Below, in pieces: positions 47,895 through 56,365 of a stretch of DNA of 64,000 nt. Within the stretch, counting starts at the first letter, position 1; every line of letters starts with the position of its first letter. The notes under the pieces were generated by a model, which was not told where the DNA came from, searched no databases, and saw only the letters and a list, made by a program, of their open reading frames with translations. Location of the stretch: NCBI GenBank assembly GCA_036565605.1, contig DATCXV010000009.1:4977-68976 (forward strand). Reading direction: 5' to 3'. Made by a program: the position numbers and the translations under genes. This stretch comes from Minisyncoccota bacterium. GTDB lineage: Bacteria; Patescibacteriota; Minisyncoccia; Phycocordibacterales; UBA6065.

Positions 47895-48333
47895 CGACCT
47901 TTGCCGGACGGATCAGTTTGGCGCCGAGTATGTATCCTTTTTCAATGACTTTCAGTATGGTGTCAGGTTTCGCGCCCTCTGACTTTTCATATTTTATAGC
48001 TTCGTGCTTGGAATGATCGAAAGACTCACCTAATGGATTGATTTCCTTCAAACCGTTCTGCTCGAGCACGCCCTTGAGCTGGTTATAAATGTACTCGATA
48101 CCTGCACGCCAATTTTTGTCAGCCTTTTCCCAGGCTTCTTTATTCGAGAATGCCATTTCAAAAGACTGAAGAACGGGCAAAAGCTCTTCGATCAGTCCTT
48201 CGTTTGCCATGGTGCGGAAATCAGCCATGGTGGCTTCGGACTGTTTCTTGAAATTGGCGAAGTCCGCTTTGGCGCGTTGCCAGCCCGCAAGATATTCGTC
48301 GCGCTCGGCGGTGATTTTTTCAATATCGCTCAT
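47875..48333 (-). CDS. grpE: nucleotide exchange factor GrpE
   Basis: Coiled-coil N-terminus (YLAGWQRAKADFANFKK) and the C-terminal GrpE beta-domain (DPNLHEA-type DHSKHEAI, VIEKGYILGAKLIRPAKVVV). Confidence 0.85.
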   Translation of the reverse strand: MSDIEKITAERDEYLAGWQRAKADFANFKKQSEATMADFRTMANEGLIEELLPVLQSFEMAFSNKEAWEKADKNWRAGIEYIYNQLKGVLEQNGLKEINPLGESFDHSKHEAIKYEKSEGAKPDTILKVIEKGYILGAKLIRPAKVVVVEGK

Positions 48334-48344
48334 ATGGTTTTGAC

Positions 48345-48373
48345 ATTTTAATGATGCGGAGATAACCTGTCAA
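48345..48373 (-). promoter_or_regulatory. sigma70-type promoter for grpE operon
   Basis: Minus-strand TTGACA (plus 48368-48373), 17-nt spacer, TAAAAT (plus 48345-48350), about 12 nt upstream of the grpE ATG region. Confidence 0.5.
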
Positions 48374-48421
48374 TGGGTCAGTATCGCTCATCAACCTCAA
48401 CGTATCAAAACGTATCCCAAA

Positions 48422-48760
48422 ATGAGTTCATTGCAGTCAGTAGTAGATTTCCGTCAAACTGGAAGCTTCTCCTCTAACAGATTCCTTATTAGTCTTCCCT
48501 TGCCCGTTGAATATCCAAGCAAGGGTTGTCCCTTAAGGAAAATGTTCGAGATCGAAGGCAATTACCGTGCTCCGCGCCGTGGCGCCCAGCTTCAGGTACC
48601 AGGTCTTGGCAATTTGTTTGTTGCTGCGATCTCGTGGGAGCCACGCAAAGGTGGCGCTCGGCAGATTGTGACCATGGACATGGCTCCAGGGGGTACACGT
48701 ATTAGGCTCCCGGACGAGGAAACGATGCAGGCGCTCGGTTACGAACTCTTCACTAACTGA
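48422..48760 (+). CDS. hypothetical protein
   Basis: 112-aa ORF divergent from grpE, followed by a terminator. Confidence 0.4.
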   Translation: MSSLQSVVDFRQTGSFSSNRFLISLPLPVEYPSKGCPLRKMFEIEGNYRAPRRGAQLQVPGLGNLFVAAISWEPRKGGARQIVTMDMAPGGTRIRLPDEETMQALGYELFTN

Positions 48761-48782
48761 CGGACCGCTTCTCTTTATATGA

Positions 48783-48813
48783 AACCGATCGCAAAGAAGC
48801 GATCGGTTTTTTT
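48783..48813 (+). terminator. rho-independent terminator
   Basis: aaaccgatcgc-aaagaa-gcgatcggt + ttttttt. Confidence 0.7.
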
Positions 48814-48825
48814 ATCTCCCTTTAA

Positions 48826-49047
48826 TTAAATCGCTCTCCACGTTGAACCCGTACATACTTCGAGAGTTGAACTGTGCCAGCGTATCGTGCCAGCTGTGTC
48901 TGGAGCGTGATCATTAATGGAATTAAAGCTGATCCAACCAATATTCGGCGACCATGCCCACCCAACCAAATTGTGTTCGGTACCGGCGTGCACGAAAATC
49001 GGCACCAAGAAAAGTGGGATTACTAAAAATAGCTTCCGCAAGGACAT
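48826..49047 (-). CDS. hypothetical small secreted protein
   Basis: 73 aa with N-terminal signal peptide LFLVIPLFLVPIFVHAG. Confidence 0.35.
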   Translation of the reverse strand: MSLRKLFLVIPLFLVPIFVHAGTEHNLVGWAWSPNIGWISFNSINDHAPDTAGTIRWHSSTLEVCTGSTWRAI

Positions 49048-49079
49048 AGATCAAGGAAGGTATATCATTAATTTGTGAC

Positions 49080-49625
49080 CTACCACGGTCGCGGTGTTCC
49101 GTTGATCGCAGTTGAGCCTGCGTATGTGACATTGTCTGGAAGTATGATGATGATTTCGCGAGAAGTAGCTCCGTTTCTAATAATAAAGTATTTCGTAAGA
49201 GCCGTTGAAGAGAAGTTTTGAGATGCGGGAGTTCCTAACTTGCGCCAGCCGTCCCTGAAATAGGCATATATTGCAGCCGCACTTCCGTCTTTTGTTGCAA
49301 GCGGGAATACTTCTGAAAGCCTATTGGTCATACTTTGAGAAGGGACATAGCCATCGCCATCGGTAATATTTGAAAGAGCGAAAGTCCCTTCATCAATTAT
49401 GAAATAATGGTCCATATTTACTGGAAGCACATAAGAATGCGTTCCATTGAGACGGTTGACTGCTATACTGTTGCGCGATTGAATTACCTCTTCCTGTTGT
49501 TTTGCGACAAGAGCCTTCGATCGTGAAGTGTTAAGGGTAGACATAACGACGGAAGCAAGAAGAGATATGATCGAGATGACGACGAGAAGTTCGATAAGAG
49601 TGAAACCTTTTTTCATTAATTTCAT
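49080..49625 (-). CDS. type IV pilin / pseudopilin
   Basis: MKLMKKGFTLIELLVVISIISLLASVVMS prepilin cleavage/methylation motif. Confidence 0.78.
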   Translation of the reverse strand: MKLMKKGFTLIELLVVISIISLLASVVMSTLNTSRSKALVAKQQEEVIQSRNSIAVNRLNGTHSYVLPVNMDHYFIIDEGTFALSNITDGDGYVPSQSMTNRLSEVFPLATKDGSAAAIYAYFRDGWRKLGTPASQNFSSTALTKYFIIRNGATSREIIIILPDNVTYAGSTAINGTPRPW

Positions 49626-49683
49626 AGTATCACAATAAAAAATTCTCGATCTAGTCAGATCGAGAATTTTTGTGAAGTGAATT

Positions 49684-50100
49684 TTAACGTTTAGACCACT
49701 GTGGGCTTTTACGTGCCTTCTTGAGGCCGAACTTCCTGCGTTCTTTGGCGCGAGGATCGCGCTTCAACATGCCCGCCTTCTTAAGCTTCTTGCGGAGCTC
49801 TTTATCATATTCGATCAAAGCGCGCGAGATAGCATGGCGCAGCGCTTCAGCCTGGCCGTGGATTCCGCCGCCTGTAATAACTGCGGTAACCTTGAACTTC
49901 TGAGTAAGCTTAGCCTCGTTGAACGGAGCAGTAGCGATCGACTGAAGTTCGGTCGTAGCGAAATAGCCGGCCAAATCTTTGTTAGATTCGTCTGCGTTCG
50001 AAATCTCGAACGATTCTTTCGCTGCCGGCGAAATGCGCGCGCGAGCAACTGCCGTCTTGCGGCGTCCGACTGCTTCGAAATATTTAGTATCGGTAGACAT
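49684..50100 (-). CDS. rpsI: 30S ribosomal protein S9
   Basis: GGGIHGQAEALRHAISRAL...RDPRAKERRKFGLKKARKSPQWSKR. Confidence 0.92.
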   Translation of the reverse strand: MSTDTKYFEAVGRRKTAVARARISPAAKESFEISNADESNKDLAGYFATTELQSIATAPFNEAKLTQKFKVTAVITGGGIHGQAEALRHAISRALIEYDKELRKKLKKAGMLKRDPRAKERRKFGLKKARKSPQWSKR

Positions 50101-50117
50101 AAAATTACGGCGTATGG

Positions 50118-50468
50118 TTATTCGGTGACGGTCAAATTCTTCATCATCCTGTCCTGAAGCTTGTTCTTCGGGAGCATGCCGTAGACAGCGACTTTGAAAG
50201 CTTCGCCATAACCTTTTTTCTCGATCATATGTGCGAGCGTTGATTCGATCAAGCCGCCCGGGTAACCAGTGTAGCGAGTATAGATCTTTTCATCCTTCTT
50301 CTTGGATGTAATATCAGCCTTGGAAGCATTGGTGATCGTCACTTTGACGTCAGCAACAACGTTCGGCTGGTATGCCGTCGAAGTCTTGCCCATAAGGATC
50401 TTCGCAGCCTGCGATGCAATGCGGCCGATCTTCTTTCCCGATGCGTCGATGGTGTGGTTGGTAGTCAT
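50118..50468 (-). CDS. rplM: 50S ribosomal protein L13
   Basis: MTTNHTIDASGKKIGRIASQAAKILMGK, canonical L13 start. Confidence 0.92.
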   Translation of the reverse strand: MTTNHTIDASGKKIGRIASQAAKILMGKTSTAYQPNVVADVKVTITNASKADITSKKKDEKIYTRYTGYPGGLIESTLAHMIEKKGYGEAFKVAVYGMLPKNKLQDRMMKNLTVTE

Positions 50469-50472
50469 ACGT

Positions 50473-50826
50473 TTACTTTACGAACTGGATATGAGCCATC
50501 TTGGCGCCATCGGTCTTACGCAATGGAAGTTTAACGACACGAGTGTATCCGCCTGGGCGGCCCTTGTATGCCGGAGCGATCTTTTCGATCAGCTTCTTGG
50601 CAGCTTTTTCATCGCCGATGCGAGAAACGATCAGGCGGCGATTTGCAAGCGTTGCGTCGAGTGCCTTGGTAACCAAAGGCTCGATGAACATGCGCAATTC
50701 TTTTGCGCGAGTTTCAGTCGTGGTGATGCCCTCATGCAGAACAAGCGAGCGCACCAAAGACTTGACGAGCGAGCGTCGCTGTCCGCGTTCCCTTCCCAGA
50801 GTGCTGAATTTGTCGTGGTGGCGCAT
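50473..50826 (-). CDS. rplQ: 50S ribosomal protein L17
   Basis: MRHHDKFSTLGRERGQRRSLVKSLVRSLVLHEGITTT. Confidence 0.92.
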   Translation of the reverse strand: MRHHDKFSTLGRERGQRRSLVKSLVRSLVLHEGITTTETRAKELRMFIEPLVTKALDATLANRRLIVSRIGDEKAAKKLIEKIAPAYKGRPGGYTRVVKLPLRKTDGAKMAHIQFVK

Positions 50827-50854
50827 GGTTTTCTAATGGAGGGCTATCTTAACA

Positions 50855-51817
50855 TTATTTAAGCGTAATGCCAAATTCCGAGAGAGCTTTCTTGATTTCC
50901 TGAATGCCCTTCGGACCAAGACCGTCGATCGACTCGATGTCGATCTCCTTCTTCTTGACCAAGCCTCCGACGGTGCGGATGTTGGCCGAAGAAAGTGCGT
51001 TCATGGTGCGAGGCGAAAGCTCCAGCTCTTCGATGCGAGTCTTCAAGAACTCGGTATCAAGTTCTTTCTTCGGCATAGCGACCGGTTCGAGCTTTGCAGG
51101 CTTCGCTTCGGCTGCCGGTTCCTCTTCTTTGAAGCCAACAATGGCCTTCAACTGATGAATCATGGTCGCGATCGACTGCTCCAAAGCCTGGTGAGGCGTG
51201 ATAGTACCGTCGGTTTCGATGGTAAGCTTCATGCGGTTGAAATCCGTGCGGTCACCGACGCGCATATTTTCAACTTCGTAGTTTACGCGGCGGATCGGAG
51301 TAAACGTTGCATCAAGTGCAATAGTGCCAATATCAACACGATCTTTCTGAAGAACGTCCTTCGAGACATAGCCAAGACCGCGAGCAACCGTTATTTCCAT
51401 ATCGATGTCAGCCGCCTTGTCAGTAAGGCTCATGATGTACTGGTCAGGATTGAGAATCTCGACCTGGCCTGGAACCTCAAGGTCAGCGCCGGTAACATCC
51501 TTGACGCCCTTTATTTTGAGCGAGATTGTCTGAGGCTCGTTACCCGTCATCTTGATGCGGAGGCGCTTCAAGTTAAGCAGGATGGTGATAACGTCTTCCT
51601 TGACGCCTTCAATAGTCGAAAATTCGTGTTGGACGCCAGCGATCTTTACATGCGTTACTGCCGTACCTGGCAAAGATGACAAAATGATGCGGCGAAGGCT
51701 GTTACCCAAGGTGTGACCATAACCCGGATAGAGGCCGTCAATTTCGTATACGCCAAGATTATCCTTTTCAAGGACGATTTTCGGCTTCGACGGTACTACG
51801 ATGTGAGTCTCGTTCAT
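50855..51817 (-). CDS. rpoA: DNA-directed RNA polymerase alpha subunit
   Basis: N-terminal dimerisation domain (GYGHTLGNSLRRILLSSLPG) plus C-terminal alpha-CTD HhH (SPRTMNALSSANIRTVGGL). Confidence 0.92.
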   Translation of the reverse strand: MNETHIVVPSKPKIVLEKDNLGVYEIDGLYPGYGHTLGNSLRRIILSSLPGTAVTHVKIAGVQHEFSTIEGVKEDVITILLNLKRLRIKMTGNEPQTISLKIKGVKDVTGADLEVPGQVEILNPDQYIMSLTDKAADIDMEITVARGLGYVSKDVLQKDRVDIGTIALDATFTPIRRVNYEVENMRVGDRTDFNRMKLTIETDGTITPHQALEQSIATMIHQLKAIVGFKEEEPAAEAKPAKLEPVAMPKKELDTEFLKTRIEELELSPRTMNALSSANIRTVGGLVKKKEIDIESIDGLGPKGIQEIKKALSEFGITLK

Positions 51818-51838
51818 AGTGTGTACGTTACTTAAAAA

Positions 51839-52441
51839 TTAACGGCTATAAAACTCGATCACTTGCCCCAGGTTGAAGAGGTTCTCCTTCTGATCCCACT
51901 TCGGAGATCCCTCGGCGGAAGCAGTCTTCTTGTCTGCGTCGTAGGAGAGCCACGACGGAATTCTTGCGGCCTTTGCTTTCTCTTCAAAATCCTTGAAGAG
52001 AGGCTTCTTCTGGCTTGATGGCATAACAGTGATCTTGTCGCCCTTCCCTACTTCGAACGAAGGCGAATTGGTGCGAGTACCATCGACGGCAATGTGGCCG
52101 TGAACGACCATCTGGCGAGCTGCCTGACGCGTCGGCGCCCAACCAAGGCGGTACAAAACATTGTCGAGGCGTGTTTCGAGGCGTTCATACAATGCCTGCG
52201 TAGTGTTCACGCCCTTCTTGGCCACCGATTCCTTGACATACTTCTTGAACTGGCGCTCCAAAACACCGTAGGTATAGCGAACCTTCTGCTTTTCAAGCAT
52301 CGAGAGAGCGAAATCTCCTTTCGGGCGAGAACCCGACGGTGCCTTGCGCTCTGCGCGGAGAGCGAACTTCTGGGTCGACGTTTTCTCGAAGATTGATGCT
52401 CCGAGGCGGCGTGCGATCTTGTACTTGGGCTTGTTGATCAT
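51839..52441 (-). CDS. rpsD: 30S ribosomal protein S4
   Basis: KYKIARRLGASIFEK...S4 domain RLDNVLYRLGWAPTRQAARQMVVHGHI. Confidence 0.92.
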   Translation of the reverse strand: MINKPKYKIARRLGASIFEKTSTQKFALRAERKAPSGSRPKGDFALSMLEKQKVRYTYGVLERQFKKYVKESVAKKGVNTTQALYERLETRLDNVLYRLGWAPTRQAARQMVVHGHIAVDGTRTNSPSFEVGKGDKITVMPSSQKKPLFKDFEEKAKAARIPSWLSYDADKKTASAEGSPKWDQKENLFNLGQVIEFYSR

Positions 52442-52459
52442 AGGAATTGGTAAATTGGA

Positions 52460-52900
52460 TTAGACGCGTCGCGGTTTCTTTGGTCGAGGGCCATTGTGCG
52501 GAACTGGCGTCACGTCCTTAACAGACGAAATGCCGATGCCCTTGGTGATGAATGAACGGACAGCCGATTCACGGCCCGATCCAACACCCTTAATAACGAC
52601 GGAAACTTCTTTGACACCCATGAGCTTTGCTTTGTCAGCAAGAATCTCGCCAACTTTGGCAGCAGCAAACGGAGTTCCCTTCTTTGCGCCCTTGAAACCA
52701 AGAGCTCCTGACGAAGACTGGGCCAACGCGTTACCCTTGGAATCAGTAAGCAGACAGAGCGTGTTATTGTACGTGGACTGGACGTACAAGGTCGCAGCGT
52801 CAACTTTGCGCTTTGGTGCTTTGACGGTAGCCGTGCTTGCCGACGGATTCTTCGGCTCGGACGACGCGACTTTCTTCTCTGCTTTCTTTGCTTCAGCCAT
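52460..52900 (-). CDS. rpsK: 30S ribosomal protein S11
   Basis: GTPFAAAKVGEILADKA...SVKDVTPVPHNGPRPKKPRRV. Confidence 0.92.
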   Translation of the reverse strand: MAEAKKAEKKVASSEPKNPSASTATVKAPKRKVDAATLYVQSTYNNTLCLLTDSKGNALAQSSSGALGFKGAKKGTPFAAAKVGEILADKAKLMGVKEVSVVIKGVGSGRESAVRSFITKGIGISSVKDVTPVPHNGPRPKKPRRV

Positions 52901-52933
52901 GGTGTTTAGGAATAATTAAATTACTTCAGCAGA

Positions 52934-53314
52934 TTACTTCTTCTCTGCTACCTTGCGACCGGTGCCCGCTGTCTTGCGGACGTTACCGCGGCGAGTACGC
53001 GAGTTGGTCTTGGTGCGCTGACCGCGAACCGGGAGGCCGCGCTGATGGCGAACACCACGATACGCCTTGATGTCCTTCAAGCGTTTTACGTTTGCTGCGA
53101 CTTCGCGCTTCAAGTCGCCTTCGATCTTGAGGCCTTCCATCGCTGCCTTAATAGAGTTTTCTTCATCCGCCGTGATGTCTTTCGACTTTTTGGTCGGATC
53201 AATCTTAGCGTCCTCGAGGATCGAGAGAGCGCGAGAACGACCGACGCCGTAGAGCGTGGTCAGAGCGATTGCAATTTGCTTTTCGTCAGGAAGGGTTATA
53301 CCGAGGATGCGCAT
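52934..53314 (-). CDS. rpsM: 30S ribosomal protein S13
   Basis: MRILGITLPDEKQIAIALTTLYGVGRSRA...YRGVRHQRGLPVRGQRTKTN. Confidence 0.92.
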   Translation of the reverse strand: MRILGITLPDEKQIAIALTTLYGVGRSRALSILEDAKIDPTKKSKDITADEENSIKAAMEGLKIEGDLKREVAANVKRLKDIKAYRGVRHQRGLPVRGQRTKTNSRTRRGNVRKTAGTGRKVAEKK

Positions 53315-53367
53315 GGGTAGGACGTGTGGGAATAGGTTGCTATGGTAGCACGGTCACTTTTAAATGT

Positions 53368-53484
53368 CTAGCCCTGACGCTGCTTATGGCGAGGATTGCC
53401 CTTGCACACAACATAAACATAGCCCTTGCGACGGACTATTTTGCACTTGGCGCACTTGACCTGTACCGATGATTTTACTCGCAT
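53368..53484 (-). CDS. rpmJ: 50S ribosomal protein L36 (not in ORF track)
   Basis: Minus-strand ATG (53484-53482) to TAG (53370-53368). [38 protein letters not shown] has the canonical C-x2-C-x12-C-x4-H L36 pattern. Confidence 0.88.
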   Translation of the reverse strand: MRVKSSVQVKCAKCKIVRRKGYVYVVCKGNPRHKQRQG

Positions 53485-53506
53485 GGAATTTGATTAAAAA
53501 TGAAAA

Positions 53507-53719
53507 CTACATTCGCTGGACTACCCTGCCTTTGCCGCCGTAGGGATCAAGCTCTACCTTGACCTTGTCGCCGACAAGCACCCGGATACGATTCATCCTC
53601 ATCTTGCCTGCAAGATACGTCAGTATCTCGGAACCGTCTTCGAGTTGGACGCGAAAGAAGGTATTAGGCAAGGCTTCGGTGACGACGCCCTGGACGCTTT
53701 GTTTATCTTGGTCTGCCAT
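53507..53719 (-). CDS. infA: translation initiation factor IF-1
   Basis: 70 aa S1-like OB fold; GVVTEALPNTFFRVQLEDGSEILTYLAGKMRMNRIRVLVGDKV. Confidence 0.92.
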   Translation of the reverse strand: MADQDKQSVQGVVTEALPNTFFRVQLEDGSEILTYLAGKMRMNRIRVLVGDKVKVELDPYGGKGRVVQRM

Positions 53720-53766
53720 TATTTCGAACGTCTTGCCATTATAGACTGAAGCAAGAAGAGTGTCAA

Positions 53767-55125
53767 TTACGGAGTCTTGGTTATATCAATCGAAGAGAGT
53801 GATGTTGGGAACGAGCGACGCCAGAATGGTCTGATAGATATATCAGCCTTCTCGATCATTGGATAATTAGAAAGGATGGTAGAAACAGCTGCGCGAGACT
53901 GCCCCTTAAGTGCTGTTTTCAATGCTAGTTCATCATACGTCCATTCAAGTGTGGCAGGACCTTTAAGCGAGAACGAAATCGAGTCAGAAGAAGGATCAAA
54001 GCCAGACTTTGGTGTGAAGACCAGATCCGCAGGTTCCTGGATGATTGTCGCACTACCATCATTTTTGCCAGTCGCAGCAGCGATAGCTTGGCCAAAGGCG
54101 TGCGGCTCGAAAACTGCTGCTGAAATAGTACCTTCTTCCTTGATCAAAGCCGAACCACTATCAGCAGATTCGTCAGGCAGGTCTTTGAAGCTGATCACGT
54201 ACGCATTGTCATAAAAGACTGCGCCTGGAGCCATGGCCGCCTTTGCTTTTTCAAGAAGCGATGTCGTAAGTGCAGCTTCGTTTGCTTGTTTTGCCTTTGC
54301 ACGATCAGCATCAGCTACGACCTTCTGTGTGCCTACAAAGCCGCCAGCAAAAGGAGTTTTTGATCGAGCGTAAAAACCCTGGTAGCGAGGATCGCCTTTA
54401 AAACCTGGAATAGTTAAATCCTTCAAGCCAACATTGTATTTATCGCCTGGTTCATCGGCCATGACCACTGCTTCAATCGATCCTGGCTTTGATCCAGATT
54501 TGCCCGGCACGGTAACCGAGTCAGAAATGCGGTACACAAGTCCTTCTGGTGTCTCGAAACGAGTATTTTTAATAAGTCGCTGCGATGCCGAGCTGTAATT
54601 GTTATATATAACGATCGTCCCCGACGCGCGGGTTGAAACCTGTTTTTCGCCGTTCGCTTTGACCGTCTGGCCTGCTGTATCTTTGATAATTACCGGCAAG
54701 AAAGCCAGGCCAGTTGCAGCCTCCTTCTTTGCTGTAAAGTCATTTGCAACGGTAACATCAGCCGTCTTTACTGTTACAGCCATAGCTGCACCATGGAAAA
54801 CAGTTGATAGAAGCACCGCAGCGACGATGACCAACGTGACGATACCTGCGAAAACTCTTTTCGCGCTTGAACCGCGGCGTCGGGACCTCGGCTTTTTTTT
54901 ACTTACTTCTTCCTGAGCATGCTCCCACTCTCTTATTGCTTCAGAAGGCTCGGGCCTGCGTTCTACTTTTTTGCGGACAATTACCATGTCGCCATCTTGC
55001 TCGACGACTGGTTCGGTTCGAGGCGCTGGACGTTCAACCGCACGCGGTCGAATATCTTTAAGCGGCACGTTCCTGATAGAACGACGATCTGGTGGCACGA
55101 TGTCTTGGAAAGAATTTCGAGGCAT
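53767..55125 (-). CDS. bitopic membrane protein (basic cytoplasmic N-terminus, one TM, large extracytoplasmic domain), hypothetical
   Basis: 452 aa; RSRRRGSSAKR then TM FAGIVTLVIVAAVLLSTVF, then a long T/S/A/G-rich region with no motif. Confidence 0.5.
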   Translation of the reverse strand: MPRNSFQDIVPPDRRSIRNVPLKDIRPRAVERPAPRTEPVVEQDGDMVIVRKKVERRPEPSEAIREWEHAQEEVSKKKPRSRRRGSSAKRVFAGIVTLVIVAAVLLSTVFHGAAMAVTVKTADVTVANDFTAKKEAATGLAFLPVIIKDTAGQTVKANGEKQVSTRASGTIVIYNNYSSASQRLIKNTRFETPEGLVYRISDSVTVPGKSGSKPGSIEAVVMADEPGDKYNVGLKDLTIPGFKGDPRYQGFYARSKTPFAGGFVGTQKVVADADRAKAKQANEAALTTSLLEKAKAAMAPGAVFYDNAYVISFKDLPDESADSGSALIKEEGTISAAVFEPHAFGQAIAAATGKNDGSATIIQEPADLVFTPKSGFDPSSDSISFSLKGPATLEWTYDELALKTALKGQSRAAVSTILSNYPMIEKADISIRPFWRRSFPTSLSSIDITKTP

Positions 55126-55141
55126 AACTCTGTTATGTTTC

Positions 55142-56365
55142 CTATATCATATCATACGCTCGGGCAGCGAAAGCAGATGCGATAGCAATGAAGGCATCTT
55201 TTTCCGCGTGCTCGCTAAAAGAAACTGAATCTTTCAGGCGATCGGCGCTTACCAATGTCGGTGAAAATGATCCGGCCGAAAGCGTTCTCATAAAGAATGG
55301 AAGCAGGTCACCGTCGATAACGGCATAACTTTCTTTCGGAAGCGACACATGGTCAGAAAGCCGGGTCAGAGCATCAGAAAGCGATTTCATCCAGTTTTCC
55401 CCCGCCTCGTCTAAGACCGGCCGGACCTTTTCCTTGGTCGTATCGTCAAGTTTTCCTTCTTCATATAGACGAATCAAAGATGAGGCTTGCTCGGGTGATG
55501 TTGCAAAGGCTTTTGCAGCCGCAGAAACAATAGTATTGCGACCTGCCGGAAAGCTTGCGCTTTCAAGCAGAAGTCCGTCTTTGGTCACTGCGACGTCCGA
55601 AAGTTCTCCACCGATATCAAGATAGAGAAAATCCGGCGCAGTCTGAAACGTATCTCGAATAGTCGAGAATGAAGCCAATGCCAGCGTGTGCGCATTGGTT
55701 CCTTTCGGGTGAAATGCAGCAATTGTTATCTGGCGGACTTTTTCTAAAACCATATTCGGAACCAAGCTCATAAAGATCGAGATTTGAGCGGATTTTGCCT
55801 TTTTGCCGTACGGATCGGCAAGTTCGTAACCGTTCAGTGTGATCTGCACCACCTTACGTTCGATGATCGTAAGTTCCTTTGCGATCTCATTTGCTACTCC
55901 ACCAACGTCTTGCGCAATCTTTTCAATCAAAGCCTCTGTAAGCTCGAACGGTGTTTCTTCATCGATTGAAACAACACGCGTCTGAGTCACCGACCAGGGC
56001 GAAGAAAAGATATGCATCACTCGCTTCACCTTAAGACCACCAAATTCTGTGAACTTCAAATGTGATGCACCTTCGTGGATTATGCGCTCGTTCGCTCTTT
56101 CCAAAGCTGCAATCATCTGAGAAAGAAGGCGCTCTGCATCTTTGCTCGAGGTGGCCTTTTCAGACAGCAATTCGCGAACCGTAAAAATGACTTGAGGTGC
56201 AGCACCCTTTGTAAATCTAACCAAGCCCGCCCCAACCGATGCCGATCCGATGTGAAAGACAACACCGAGTTCGGTTTTCGAAGAGAAAAGAGACATGGGT
56301 AAAGTATAGCAAAGAAAATGGACCCGTCGCGCAGCGACGATAGGTTTCTCGAATTGACTAAACAA
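55142..56365 (-). CDS. actin-like ATPase (FtsA/PilM-like, ASKHA superfamily), hypothetical
   Basis: GVVFHIGSASVGAGLV (phosphate-1-like) and LYLDIGGELSDVAVTKDG (phosphate-2/adenosine-like). The likely start is the internal MSLFSSKTELG (about 56296), which would remove the overlap with alaS. Confidence 0.5.
   Translation of the reverse strand: MFSQFEKPIVAARRVHFLCYTLPMSLFSSKTELGVVFHIGSASVGAGLVRFTKGAAPQVIFTVRELLSEKATSSKDAERLLSQMIAALERANERIIHEGASHLKFTEFGGLKVKRVMHIFSSPWSVTQTRVVSIDEETPFELTEALIEKIAQDVGGVANEIAKELTIIERKVVQITLNGYELADPYGKKAKSAQISIFMSLVPNMVLEKVRQITIAAFHPKGTNAHTLALASFSTIRDTFQTAPDFLYLDIGGELSDVAVTKDGLLLESASFPAGRNTIVSAAAKAFATSPEQASSLIRLYEEGKLDDTTKEKVRPVLDEAGENWMKSLSDALTRLSDHVSLPKESYAVIDGDLLPFFMRTLSAGSFSPTLVSADRLKDSVSFSEHAEKDAFIAIASAFAARAYDMI

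Noticed and set aside
48334-48421. CIRCE (HrcA operator) upstream of grpE
   Set aside because: No inverted repeat resembling TTAGCACTC-N9-GAGTGCTAA was found. Only the -35/-10 promoter is reported.
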